DNA of 64,000 nt from Mizuhopecten yessoensis (taxonomy: Eukaryota), in assembly GCF_002113885.1 (NCBI RefSeq), contig NW_018403789.1:983570-1047569 (forward strand). The letters are read 5' to 3'. Below the pieces are notes generated by a model. It saw only the letters and a list, made by a program, of their open reading frames with translations. It made no database searches and was not told the origin of the DNA. Both the position numbers and the translations under genes were made by a program. Positions 11,953 to 24,320 of this stretch are shown here, one piece after another. Numbering within the stretch: position 1 is the stretch's first letter; each line of letters opens with the position of its first letter.

Positions 11953-13767
11953 TTTTGCATACGTTTACTTTGAAGTGGAAAGTGACGGTTATGTATCGCC
12001 GTTGTAATTCCTTTTATTATTGGTTTTTTTTACTGGAAGGCTCCGAAGGTTTAGGCAGTTAACATGGATTACGACTTCCTATTTGACTATATTTCTTAAA
12101 GAAACGAGACGCAGAGTCATTTATTGTCGATCGACGCACTGTAATATTAGGTCAACTATATTTTGAAATACAGACAGAAAGTCAAATATGTTCAGGGAAT
12201 ATCATGTTCAAAAGATTTTACATTTATTTGAACATTGTAAACCGGGGACTTAACAGAACACTTCGTAATGAATAAACAAATAAATAGTAAACAAACTACT
12301 TAATAATAGACATGGAGAGGTCAGCAATATTTTTGCCTGATATTGAGAAAATTTAGCATCAGCTTGTCAGGTAGGGAAATACAGAACATTAAGTGAGATA
12401 CTTGCCTCAAATATGTTTCCAAAGAAAAACTTTTGCCATTTATTTTCATGGACACCGTTGATGCAGTATTTGCAAATTTGTTCAGATTTAGTTTTTGCTA
12501 TGAGAGGAAAGCTTCAATGATACATTGGAAGAAAGGGGATAAACACGTATTGTTAACATTTATGCAGGAACTAAGACAATTGCACGTACACGTTTTTTGT
12601 TTTTTACAAGCAAAGAAATAAATATTCCAAAAACGCCAAGCAGCAACTCCAGAACATCGCTATTTGAACAAATAATGCATCGGGATCTTAAACTTTCTCT
12701 CCAGAGATCAACATTATTTAAGAAAAGCTTAGATGTGACTAGTGATTCCATATTGGTTACTATTTTTGACGCGAAATCACATCTATGTGAAACACTTTGA
12801 TTTATAAAGTGACGTATCTCTTTGGTTCAACGCTCAATTTCGAACAGAGTTTGTTAGAAAATCTGACATTGTGACATTGATAATCAACAGTATTGATAAA
12901 GGTCAGATGTAAAAGTGAACCAAAACACATCTTATCCACAGTTTATCAACACCGATCTGACGCATGAATACAATCTTCCAAGATTAATTTGTGTAATTTT
13001 TTTTTGTAATTTGAAATTAAACATTTTATAGCGAACAACGCCTGTAACATCCGGGGCTGATCAAATATTACAGCTATCATGAGCAATAAAAAAAATCATT
13101 AAGACCATGTTTAAACTCATAAAACAGATCCTTATGAAATATTTTTAAGGTAGAACCTTGGCAGTGTTTTATGGATACCTTTTGAATGGTTGTGTTTGTT
13201 TTGGCATCCGAAAACGAATTCCCATCGTGTATGACATTAAATAATAAAAATTGTTTGTCAATGATGCAATAACCTGTGACGATCAGTTTAATAGATTTCA
13301 TGAGAACGTTTACACCAAAATTTAAGAGAGTCTTCTAGAAAGTCCTCAATCTTGAAAATAGAAAAGGAAACTTAAAAAAAGAAAAAAATGGAGATGATTG
13401 CAATACTTTTGTCAAATGTATCTCTTTAGAACAACATTTGCTACTTACTTTTCTCGGAAATCGATAATTGATTCTCCTGTCAAACTACTTGTCCTCTTAA
13501 TTGCGTTGATAAATGTTTGACAAACCATATTCTGGCAATATATGACATCCTGTTTGCGTGAAAAACATCTTCAGTCAATTACTAGATACAGAACAAGGAC
13601 ACACGTTGCTCATTGTCAAGTAAACGTCCGGTCCCGGTGGGTACCTAGATATCTTAAGGATCAATTAGAATGCACTTTTGTGATAGACCCATGAAGCTAG
13701 CTGTTGACAGAACGTTAACACGTAGAAGGAAAAAAAAGGAATTTACGGTTGGGCTCGAAATCTTAAT

Positions 13768-14350
13768 GATTTGGTTTGGTTTAAGTTTGTTTAAAAGTTA
13801 AGGTAATTTAAGGACGTGCCTCCATGTGTGTAGTGTATGCGTGCTTGCGTGTATGTATGCAGGAGACTGGGTATGTTGGTTTATTTGCCTCCTTGTGATA
13901 GTGCGGATCTGGTGCCGACTTTATAGTGCTATCTCAATAAAATGCCATGCCGAAGGCACCAAACACAGTATTACGCCCGGTTACATTATACTGACAACGG
14001 GTGAACAAGTTGTTGCCATTCCTCTTAATGCTGAACGTTAAGCAGGGAATAACAATTATCGTTTTAAGGATATTTGTATGTACCGGCCTGGTGACATAAC
14101 CCATTGCCTTCCTCACGTGGGCGAACGCTTAACGTTCAAGCCAAAAGTGTGGTGTTGCCAAGAAAGACAAATATCCAAAGTATTGCAATGGGAAAAAGCA
14201 GGTTTATTTTGGTCGCCTTTGTGTCCCAAAATAGAGGACACCAAAGCAAATTCCCAAATCTGCAGGGGGTTCCAACATTAGTCGCCTCCTACGACACATG
14301 CAGGTGGTAACAGCAGGTGTATTCTTTTCCCCGATGGGGACCTGCAGGAA
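13768..14350 (-). mobile_element. Composite SINE family A, second copy
   Basis: Diverged full-length homologue of 11275-11952. Confidence 0.75.
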
Positions 14351-15499
14351 TGATATATATTTATGTCAGAATAGAACACGAAATAGATGAAACGCTGTTT
14401 GCGTCCAACTTACAACATTCATTGGGAGGAACAACAGTTTCTCACATAGCTATATTTTTTTGGACAAGCAACTAATCCGGAACGTCCCTGTAAAATAGGC
14501 TTCTCAGGGATCCTAATGTTTCTCCCGAGAGATATCAAATTGATAAGAAAAACAAGTTTTGAAATACAAACTTTATTTATTTTATAACAATAAATCACTC
14601 TTCTTAGCCCGGATTGAAGCGCAAAGATGGCCTAAATGTGGGTAGAAATTGGAGCGCTCGAGGTAAATCAATGTGATAAGGCAGGTGATCCCATTCCTGT
14701 TCAAGTCTGTTCGGGGAATGTTAACGTTATGATCAACTTAGTATTCTTTGGGCAGAACCTTGACAACGTTGTATCGTAATCTAGTGATTAGTCGTATTTT
14801 GAGGCAGTTACATTTAAATCCACACCTTTAGTTGTACATTGCATAACACGCGCATCCAAACTTTTTGCCACCATTGATGTCATTAAGCTATTTTGTTCTT
14901 TGGAACTAAATGAAAATTTTAAGAGAGGGATTTCGAAAATAAACGTGTGCATGTTTATGTGTTTCTGTAATCCGTCTCCTGTCTTAATCTACAAATACAA
15001 CTTTCAGATAGATGAGGAAATAATCCCTATTTATGTTAACATGCAGTATGGCTTTCGAGACTGCTTGTCCTTCTTAACGTCTGGCCACAAATTTCATTAA
15101 TGCGTGTGATGTTAATTTTGATCTAAATTATACTGCTTCTCAAAGGATTTGTTAAAGTTGGACATTTCAGAAAGTTGTTTCGGTGGCTTTGCAATTGCAA
15201 CGGAATTTCATGTTGTGTTTTTGGTAAGAGGTTATTATCACATATTCAACATACGTGCTTTATTCGTTCGCCGTCTCGCAGTTATAAGTTGTCATCTTTC
15301 TCAAAAGCTGATTCGGAAACAAACAGCTTACTACTATTAAATACCGACTTATTAATCCCTGAAACTTACAAATACGTTGTTTATACAATTTAAAATGGAA
15401 ACCAACGCCATTAATTCAGCATTTAGATTAAGCTTTTAGAAAACACGAGAATTTGTACGAGTTACCACTAGCTAAGCAGCAGAACATAACTACATTTCT

Positions 15500-16280
15500 G
15501 TAGGAAAACATTTACTACGAATGTGTTGTAAAAATCAGCAACACCGTACTCTTATAGGGAGGCAAATTATACGAATATGTTGTGCAAGTTATGTACGTGT
15601 ATAGACAGATAAATACTTCGAATGTGTTATGCAAATTAAGTATACAGTTCTCATATAGTAAGACAAATGCTACGAATGTGTTGTGCAAGTTCGAGAAGGC
15701 ACAGATGTCCAGTGGTAGGACGCCGTGCTCGTGACCGAAGGATTGCGGGTTCGAGTCACGGCACGGCACTGTGTTGTATCTTTGAGCAAGATACTTACTC
15801 CGCTTGTTCCAGTCTACTCAACTGTAAATGAGTATGTGGTTGGGCAGTGCTCGAATTGTTGAATGGTACATTGTAGCTGTGGGCGTCGAAGGGGCGACAC
15901 TGGCTGTATCCACCCCAGGCAGTTGAGAAAGATGTTGGCTGGATGCGAATGACCTATATCCACGGAAAATAATTTGTGAACCGCTTTGATACGACTTACA
16001 AACTAGACTGTGATAACATGGTAGATAAGAACTTCTTATTATTATAAATAATATTATTATTATAAGTTAAGAACGTGTATAGACAGATAAATACTACGAA
16101 TGTATGGTATAGGCAGATCAGTACTACGAATGTGTTGTACAAATTAACTACATGTATAGGCAGACAAATAGTACGAATGTGTTGTACAAATTAACTACAT
16201 ATATAGGCAGATAAATAGTACGAATGTGTTGTACAAATTAACTTCATGTGTAGGCAGACAATTAGTACGAATGTGTTGGA
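15500..16280. repeat. 47-bp minisatellite interrupted by a SINE
   Basis: Unit TAGGCAGACAAATAGTACGAATGTGTTGTACAAATTAACTACATGTA recurs at 16110, 16157, 16204 and 16251, with degenerate copies at 15500-15695. Confidence 0.8.
15698..16063 (+). mobile_element. tRNA-derived SINE (family B)
   Basis: A-box-like CCAGTGG and B-box GGTTCGAGTC, CORE-like body (GTGTTGTATCTTTGAGCAAGATACTT..CAGTCTACTCAACTGTAAATGAG) and (TAT)n tail. An inverted copy lies at 30136-30445. Confidence 0.85.
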
Positions 16281-18496
16281 TAGTGCTTCACGTTTGAGCT
16301 AATAAACAAGTGCCATGTACTTCACTTTAGCAATTACTACTGCTCTGTTGGGAACGTAGCTTCAAAGTCTGCTTAGCGGAAAGACGCTGGTGGTACATAT
16401 AATCGAACTTGACCATCATGTGTGACGCCGACGGACTTTATGACAACCATGGACATATATATATTGCTAAACAGTACATTTATTATTGTTACCCCTGCAC
16501 AGAAAGCAATAGTTGAGAGAAATGTTTTATGAAGTGAATTAACCTTTTGAGATAAACTATTTCATAAACTGAAGCTCTTTATGACGGCATGATAATTGAA
16601 AGATGCATTTTTATATCCATTTTTGTCACGTTTTCAAATATCATAGGTTAACAGCATTACACGCTACCAAAATTACACCGCCGCTTTGAAGATATTAAAC
16701 TGTTATAAAAGTGCCAGAACTCGGTAATATATAAGCCTCGTCACCCGCCCAGCAGTAATGTTGCGCTCGCTCTGCATGGTAATTAGTCGCCATGGTAATG
16801 CCATTAGCATTCATGATATTTAAATGGTACATGTTTACTTTTGGTTGAATTCTTTATTTATTTTGAAACATTTAGAATGTAAAAGTAAGGTTATAATTCA
16901 AAGCAACGCGAAAACATGAATTCCAATGCATTCATAGTTTTTCTTATTTTTTGATAATGTTGCTAAAAAAACTAATTTTGATTGCAGTATTACCAAGAGC
17001 AGAACAGGCCATTATGACTTCAGTATACATTTACCAATGTCAAATAATAACATGAAATAAACTTTTCCAACGTATTTTAATGATATTACATTGTTATTGT
17101 TACAAAATATATAATCTGTTTAAGTTTAAGTCAAAATTTAATGACAAATCTGGTGGCATTTGGATTATAAACATTCGTATATAATGGATGAAAACACCTG
17201 CAGTGTCCTAACGGATTTTTATTTTATTTCAAGTGCCACAAAAGAACTGCAATAGAAGGGTATGGATTAGTTCCTTAGCCTTTGTAATCTATTTAAATGC
17301 CTTCACGCATGACTGAAATACTGTGCGGGTTAGTAATGATTACAACTACCGTTATACCAATCAAATGCGGCACTTTTCAAAGTCAGGAAATTAGTGTCTT
17401 TGTATACCGTTAAACTCGACCATATCGTATAATTTCCTTTAATATAAAATGAATGGAGTTTTTACTTCCACAGAATAAACAAGTGAACACCTCATCGTAA
17501 AATAAACTTAGAAATATAACGACACAAAATCGAACAAAATCGATACATGACTGTACAACTCAGGAGACAAATATACAAAGACAGCATTCAAAAGAGGGGA
17601 AATAAAAAAAAAACGAAGAATGTGAAACAACGTTACTTAGGAGGAAGGCCAATACTTTCTGTCTCTGTATACGATGATTTTATGGCGAGTATTAACGATC
17701 CATGGCTCTAAATATCAATTATCACATGGTGCATGAATATTTGACAGAGAAATATATTTTTAAGAGATGTTTTCAATATTTTGGGGACGGTAAAACTTTC
17801 CGAAACCATATCTGGTATCCACTTTATGGTATCTTAGTTCATTCCTGTGACACACTAAAGTAACCCGTTAGTCCTGGCAGGTACTGGTATTTATATCTTT
17901 AAATGGTTTTTAAAAATACCCCTCATATGCATAAAATGTTTCGTTTATGTCGGTGTTAATAAATGTGAACAAGCAGTTTATTTTCAACAACCTGGTACGA
18001 TTACTAAGAAAGCAAACAACATAATTCTGTTACGATTGTTTTTCGTCAGGTCGTTTATACAGTAGTATTATTCCGCCAGATTACATTTTAAGTACCATTT
18101 CGTTACTCGCACACATAAGATAATTTTCCAACATTGGCCTATATAATGTTTGTCTTTTAAAATCGTATAAAAAGGATCCTTATTCTGCCATATCGTGTAT
18201 AAAGAATCGTATATAAAGATGTTGTTTTTGTATGTAAAGTACCATCGTTCAACCTGGTCGTATAGAAAGTATCAGTATTCCGCCAAATCTTCGTACACTG
18301 TAGAGTATAATTGTTTAATCTTGTTGTATTTGTTACTTTTAATTTTTGTGTTGTGGAATGCTCCTTGCTAAACGAGTTAAATAATTTTAACCAACCTATT
18401 GTTGAAGATTTTTAAATGTTAAAAGTTATCATTATTATCCAATTAAAATTACTTAAAATTACTTCAAATATCTTTGTAGCAAATTAAAGACGTCTG

Positions 18497-18501
18497 AGAG
18501 A

Positions 18502-18557
<56 letters not shown>
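18497..18557. repeat. (AG)n microsatellite
   Basis: ~30 AG units, directly visible. Confidence 0.98.
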
Positions 18558-19357
18558 NTAAGAAAACTGATTAAGCTAAGAAAACCGATTAAATAGAGGG
18601 CATGACAGCTTCGAGTGTTGTTTCGGCACTAATCCCTCAGCTGTATTTGTATATATAGCAGCAGGTATTACATTTGTATATCATTACAAAATCTGTAATC
18701 AAAACATAAAAAGTATATTAAGTAAAATGTTAAAATGTATGATAAACTTTATCTTACTGTATATTACATAATTTCAATTTCTATCACATACCGGATATTA
18801 TTTGAATAAAATGTATTGTTATATGGAGATAACTTATAATATCGGCTTTAAGCCTAATGCTCAATCCAATTGATCATCCTTACCAATAAAACGTTGAAAT
18901 CGAAATATTAACTTTCAGTCGGTGTCCCTTCAGCGTTTTATTCTGTTGCGTTGGAAAGTATTGGAAGAGTAAGTTGGAATGTAGAATACGTTCGAAAGTT
19001 GTATTGAATTAAGAGTTGGAGTGTGTACATGCATATCGAGATAAAAGACGCCAGCGTTGTAGATGTAAGTAATACGACGTATACATATTTCTTACTATAT
19101 TTCGAGCAACGAGTGCGATCAGAGTCTCCGTTGGAGGCGCGTCTTCTTTGGGCTTGTAGGTTGTCCCTTTGATGTTAGTGTCTTTCTGTTAAGCGTTTCC
19201 ATCTGATAAGACTTGTATGATGTGGATAAAGAGGCAGCAATGCCTGCGTCCACTAATATCCTATTAAAGAAGTTGAAAAAATTAATTGCTAATGGTTTCA
19301 GCGGGTATGGTTATTGTGTTGCTTCTGGCGACTACACTCCTGAATCCTTCCAAAAGC

Positions 19358-19510
19358 ATAGCCCGTTAGCATGTAAGAATGGTGGTAGAGTTGTTCCTTA
19401 TCTATATTTTATTTAATTTACTATCACCTCCATGTATAGCCCGTTAGCATGTAAGAATGGCTAGTAGAGTTGTTCCTTATCTATATTTTATTTAATTTAC
19501 TATCACTTCC
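19358..19510. repeat. ~78-bp tandem duplication
   Basis: ATAGCCCGTTAGCATGTAAGAATGG...TTTACTATCAC occurs twice. Confidence 0.9.
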
Positions 19511-21426
19511 TTGTAAGGAGTTCATTCACTTTACTACTGTTTGATGCATTTGCTATTTCCATTGGTTTTTATTTTCACTTGGTTCATATTTGCTATTGTC
19601 AGTACTACAAAAGGAATATATTTACTTTTTCTGTTCTTAACAAACATCAACAAATATCAGAAAGTTGTTTAAGCTCAGTGTTCAGACATTTGCAAATTTT
19701 CAGAATCTGACGAGTTGTTCTAATAACCGTGTACACGGTATAGTAAAGGCGCGTGTAATCTTATCATAATCAATATCTTTATTCCGCCAGGTCGTGTATC
19801 CCTCCCTGTAAAATAAATAGATTCATTGTGTATGGTTTCAAATTGTGCATTCATTAAGTCCCAAGTGGCTTGATCGTCCTGAAATAACAATTCCGAAATG
19901 TTAGAGTTAGTATTATAAATGTCACGTATTAGTGAAAGGGTTTACTTTACAATTACTGCCCCCATCACCGATCAGGTCGCTGGCGCTAATGTCCTTTGAT
20001 TAATTTAATGCCATTACAATTAGTTTCAGAAGGCTCCCTCATTTGCACTTACTACACAAGCATATGGGTTATCTACCTGAAACCTTTTGCACATCTTTCT
20101 TATAATTTTTATTTGTGTAAATTATGAGACAATTTGGCGTCATTAACTCAAGCTTTTTTCAACAGAAGAAAGGTCAGTGCTGCTTCAAATTGGGCAGCAA
20201 TTAATTTACTTTATATTCGTTAAGATTAATGTTATATAATGTTGTTAAAAAAATAAGTTAATTGTTTGCGGTTTTATCATAGGAAATCACATAAAACAGA
20301 AAATAGAATAAAACCATAGTATTTCTATATACGAAGAAGATTTGTAAAGCATAAACGCTTTCATTATCAATCCTTAGACGCTTTACACATAATTACACCT
20401 AAACACAAGCTATGGCAATATTTATAATAGGGACAGCGACGTCATGACTTGAAGCTAGCCTTAGTTTTGTGTAAAGCGTTTAAAGAGTGGTAGTAAAAGT
20501 GATGCATATATATTTGTTCATGAGCATATATTCAATAAGCTTACAAAATAATCATTTTAAGGTTAAAAGATATCAATATCAGCTATTATAAACGGAAAAA
20601 CAGCATTAAATATAGATGATAAATTACACTACGGACTGAATATGGGCTAACATTGAAGATATGACTTAGCAACGCGAAACTTCTACCTCTTATCCATAAA
20701 GAATAGAACCGGGTCTTACAGTGTAGCAAAGCTGGTTGTTTAAATTGTCTTAAATGAAAGAAAGAAATTTCACTATAACGTCATTTTATGTCTGTTTTAT
20801 ATTTAGTATATTGAAGTTTTGATAATATTACACAATTTGAAGCAAATTCAAATCATGACATTACTTCCTTAGTATATATGTGCTCACTGTTAACCTGAAT
20901 AATATATCGAATACTAGCATACCTAAAGACTTCAGATGTTATAGTCATACATCAAACTCTACATACAATAACAATGAGGCCAGACCAAAGATTTCCGTAT
21001 GTTCAATTTGCAGATCAGGCACATATGCAATATTCAAGAAAACAAATTACTAATTCACACCTAAACCTGTTAACATCAGAAGCTATTAAACGTCATTATA
21101 AACGATTCGGTCTTCCTGCTGTTGATATAATTGACAGAAAATCCTTTTTTTTTTCTTTGGAAAATGTTAAGGACAAGATAAATGAATGTTCGGTAGTTTG
21201 AGAAATAAAATAAAAATGACAGTATTTTACTTAGTTGAGTGTAGAGAAAATGGTTTTAGTTACCTTCTCATAAGATAATAGACTCTCGCACAACTATGAC
21301 CAAGTATTAAACAAAGCGTTGCTGAATCGGGTAATTTCGGTACATATTTAACAAGTATTGTACGTTCGCTTATATCGTAGCCGAATTGACATCGGTTTTG
21401 TGGACGGCTCGTACACATTTTACATC

Positions 21427-21497
21427 TTTGTGTCTGATGAAGGTGACAGAGTACTTACGGAAACGAAGTTTACTTGTCATTGAAACGTCACATATAA
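21427..21497 (+). ncRNA. Minimal type I hammerhead ribozyme of the Penelope-like-element type
   Basis: TGTGT-CTGATGA-A-GGTGACAG...(GAAA-capped hairpin)...TTGTCATT-GAAA-C-GTC-ACATA: intact core, extended stem II, palindromic ACGT stem III, GUC cleavage triplet and a 5-bp stem I. Confidence 0.6.
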
Positions 21498-23932
21498 AAT
21501 CTTATTGGTTGTGTGAAAAGAACTTTATAAAATCCATACTTACAAAATGTACCATCCTGAGAATTTCCGAATATTGCAATGGTGATCATCAAGATCGAAA
21601 ACGGGTATCTAAATTTTCGATTGAGTTTTAAATATAAAGGCCCCTCTAAAACGAGATCAATGCATGCAATAACTTCCAATCAAGATATTTATTGATTTTG
21701 TGAAATATGCGGAAAGATAAACGTTAGGTTTATATTTTGAATGACGTACATGCTATCAGTGTATCTGAAGAAGCATTCCTAAGTACACACCAAAATAATA
21801 TGTGGAATGACTTAATAATGGTAAGCTAAAATAAAAATCGAGCGTTATTAACTATGTATCATGTTATTCTAGACATGTAAAGCGTTCTATACTTTATCAT
21901 ACAACAATTAGGAATTAATTCAATACTGATATATTTGGGTATTGTTTTGTCCGTAATGTCAATATCTTATCAATTTTGCATTAAGGACAAAAATGAAACT
22001 TTTTTCGTAACAAGAACTTGCATGGTATGGTTAACATTGCAAATATCAATGAAAAGTCTTACGATACCGCGAACAAAATATATGTACTTTTGTGGTCGCA
22101 ACAGTTTCTGAACCGTTCTCTTCGACTTCGGCATACTCTCTGCTTCCCATCACCCCCATCACCACAGGTCAAACAAAAGTGAGACCTATCTCAGACCTTA
22201 ACGTGGTTGTATTATCTAAACAGCCATCGGCGATGTGTCTGAGCCCAATTATGTCGATATAGCTTGATCACCAGTGTTGTCCCGAATGTTAGCATGCTGG
22301 GGTCTTACTGTTGAAGGAAACCGGAGAACGCGTACAAAACCACGTTGTCGGGAGGAGACCCGGTACCTTTTCACGTCCGATCAAGGAATCGAGCCCTGGT
22401 GAAATGTGAGCGCGTTATCCATCAGTTACTAGACCAGCAACGTTTGAATGATTGTGATATGCGAGATGTTCATTGAATAGCTTATATAACACTATGTTGT
22501 TAATAGTATGTAAGTGTGACAATCAATAAATAAAATGTGGACCAACGTGTTAATTTGAAATTTTGCAACCTATCAGTTAAGGACTTCCCATGTTTTTCTT
22601 GTCCTATTTTCGTGTCGTCATTTCCGTATTGCGTATCGGGCATTCCATTACAGTAGTGTAAATTATTGTAACACCGGGTAAACAATAGTACACGTGCGTG
22701 ACGATGATACATGTATGTCAACACCCGATATCGAGACTTAACTTGGAAATGTGTAATCACACGTACTTCATAAATAAAGCTCATGATACAAAGACATTAA
22801 TTAACTCACGGGAAAAACATTAAAAACACTGACATACGATCAGACGACTTCAAGAAGGTCGTATATGAGGCGCATGAAATTTAGACTCATGTGTGTATTG
22901 TTTACCGACCTCACCTGTACGTATCACGTGCTAACAGTAGTTCACAAGCTCTTGGTCGCTAGGACTTTTGTTGTCGAACGAGTTACGCTCTGTCAGATAA
23001 ATCGGTTCACAAATGCAATAACAATAACTCTGTGAAAATAGTGGTTTGTAAAATATCAAGATTGCTATAAAATGCAAGTGCATGTGCGTGCACGTAATAA
23101 CGGCATACCATACGATAGCCTATGGTTACATATGCACCTGACATGTTAATATACCATGCGTAAGCGGGCTATGGAATGATGTCCAAAGTGTACATGATTG
23201 AGAGTAATTTTGTTCCATAAAAGAATAGTAAATTGACAATTAAATATAGTAATTTAATTCATTTCCGTCTTTTTTTGGTATAGTAAAGAAAACAAGTGTC
23301 ATTGTATAAATTCTATCCCTCTGTAAAAAGTTCCGATTTTTTTTCAAGGTAGACAGCTCTCACCAGGAACAAAAATATTATAAAATATAAAATAAATGAA
23401 TTATAAAGACATTGTGTGCATACGCTTCACTGGTCATTTGTCTGATGAAGATGACAGTGTACTTACGGAAACGAAGTTTACTAGTCATTGCAATGTCACA
23501 TAGAAAATCTTATTGGTTGTGTAAAAAGAACTTTATATAATCCATACTTACAAAATGTACCCTCCTGAGAATTTCCGAATATTGCAATGGTGATCATCAA
23601 GATAGAAAACGGGTATCTACATTTTCGATTGAGTTTTAAATATAAAGGTCCCTCTAAAACGAGACCAATGCATGCAATAACTTCCAATATAAGATATTTA
23701 TTGATTTTGTGAAATATGCGGAAAGATAAACGCTAGGTTTATATTTTGAATGACGCACATGCTATCAGTGTATCTGAAGAAGCATTCCTAAGTACACACC
23801 AAAATAATATGTGGAATGACTTAATAATGGTAAGCTAAAATAAAAAGCGAACGTTATTAACTATGTATCATGTTGTTCTAGACATGTAAAGCGTTCTATA
23901 CTTTATCATACAACAATTAGGAATTAATTCAA
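21428..23932 (+). repeat. ~500-bp dispersed direct repeat (21428-21925 and 23437-23932)
   Basis: Near-identical sequence; paralogous spurious ORFs at 21488-21679 and 23496-23687. Confidence 0.92.
22300..22435 (-). mobile_element. Degenerate SINE with a V-domain-like motif
   Basis: GGAAACCGGAGAACGCGTACAAAACCAC resembles the reverse complement of the V-SINE motif GTGGGTTTTCTCCGGGTACTCCGGTTTCC. B-box-like GGCTCGATTCC on the minus strand. Confidence 0.5.
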
Positions 23933-24320
23933 TGCATATTGATCACTAGTGTTGTCCCGAATGTTATAATGCTGGGGTCTTAGTAAAGAAAATAAGTGTC
24001 ATTGTATAAATTCTATCCCTCTGTAAAAAGTTCCGATTTTTTTTCAAGGTAGACAGCTCTCACCAGGATCAAAAATATTGTAAAATATAAAATAAATTAA
24101 TTATAAAGACTTTGTGGTATTTTGTTCAATGTTCACCCTTTTTGTATGAAACTATGTGTCCTGTTTGCTTTTAGCTTGTATTTAGTAACTTTTATCAAAA
24201 ATATTGTAAAATGTAAAATAAATTAATTATAAAGACTTTGTGTGTATTTTGTTCAATTTTTCACTCTTTTTGGATGAAACTATGTGTCCTGTTTGCTTTT
24301 AGCTTGTATTGAGTAACTTT
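23281..24320 (+). repeat. Local duplications (23281-23415 versus 23981-24117; ~125-bp tandem pair at 24068-24320)
   Basis: Direct sequence identity. Confidence 0.85.

Noticed and set aside
15698-15770. tRNA gene (similar heads at 32016-32070, 32715-32800 and 60694)
   Set aside because: Only A/B-box-like motifs with no complete cloverleaf; the 15698 and 60694 heads continue into SINE bodies.
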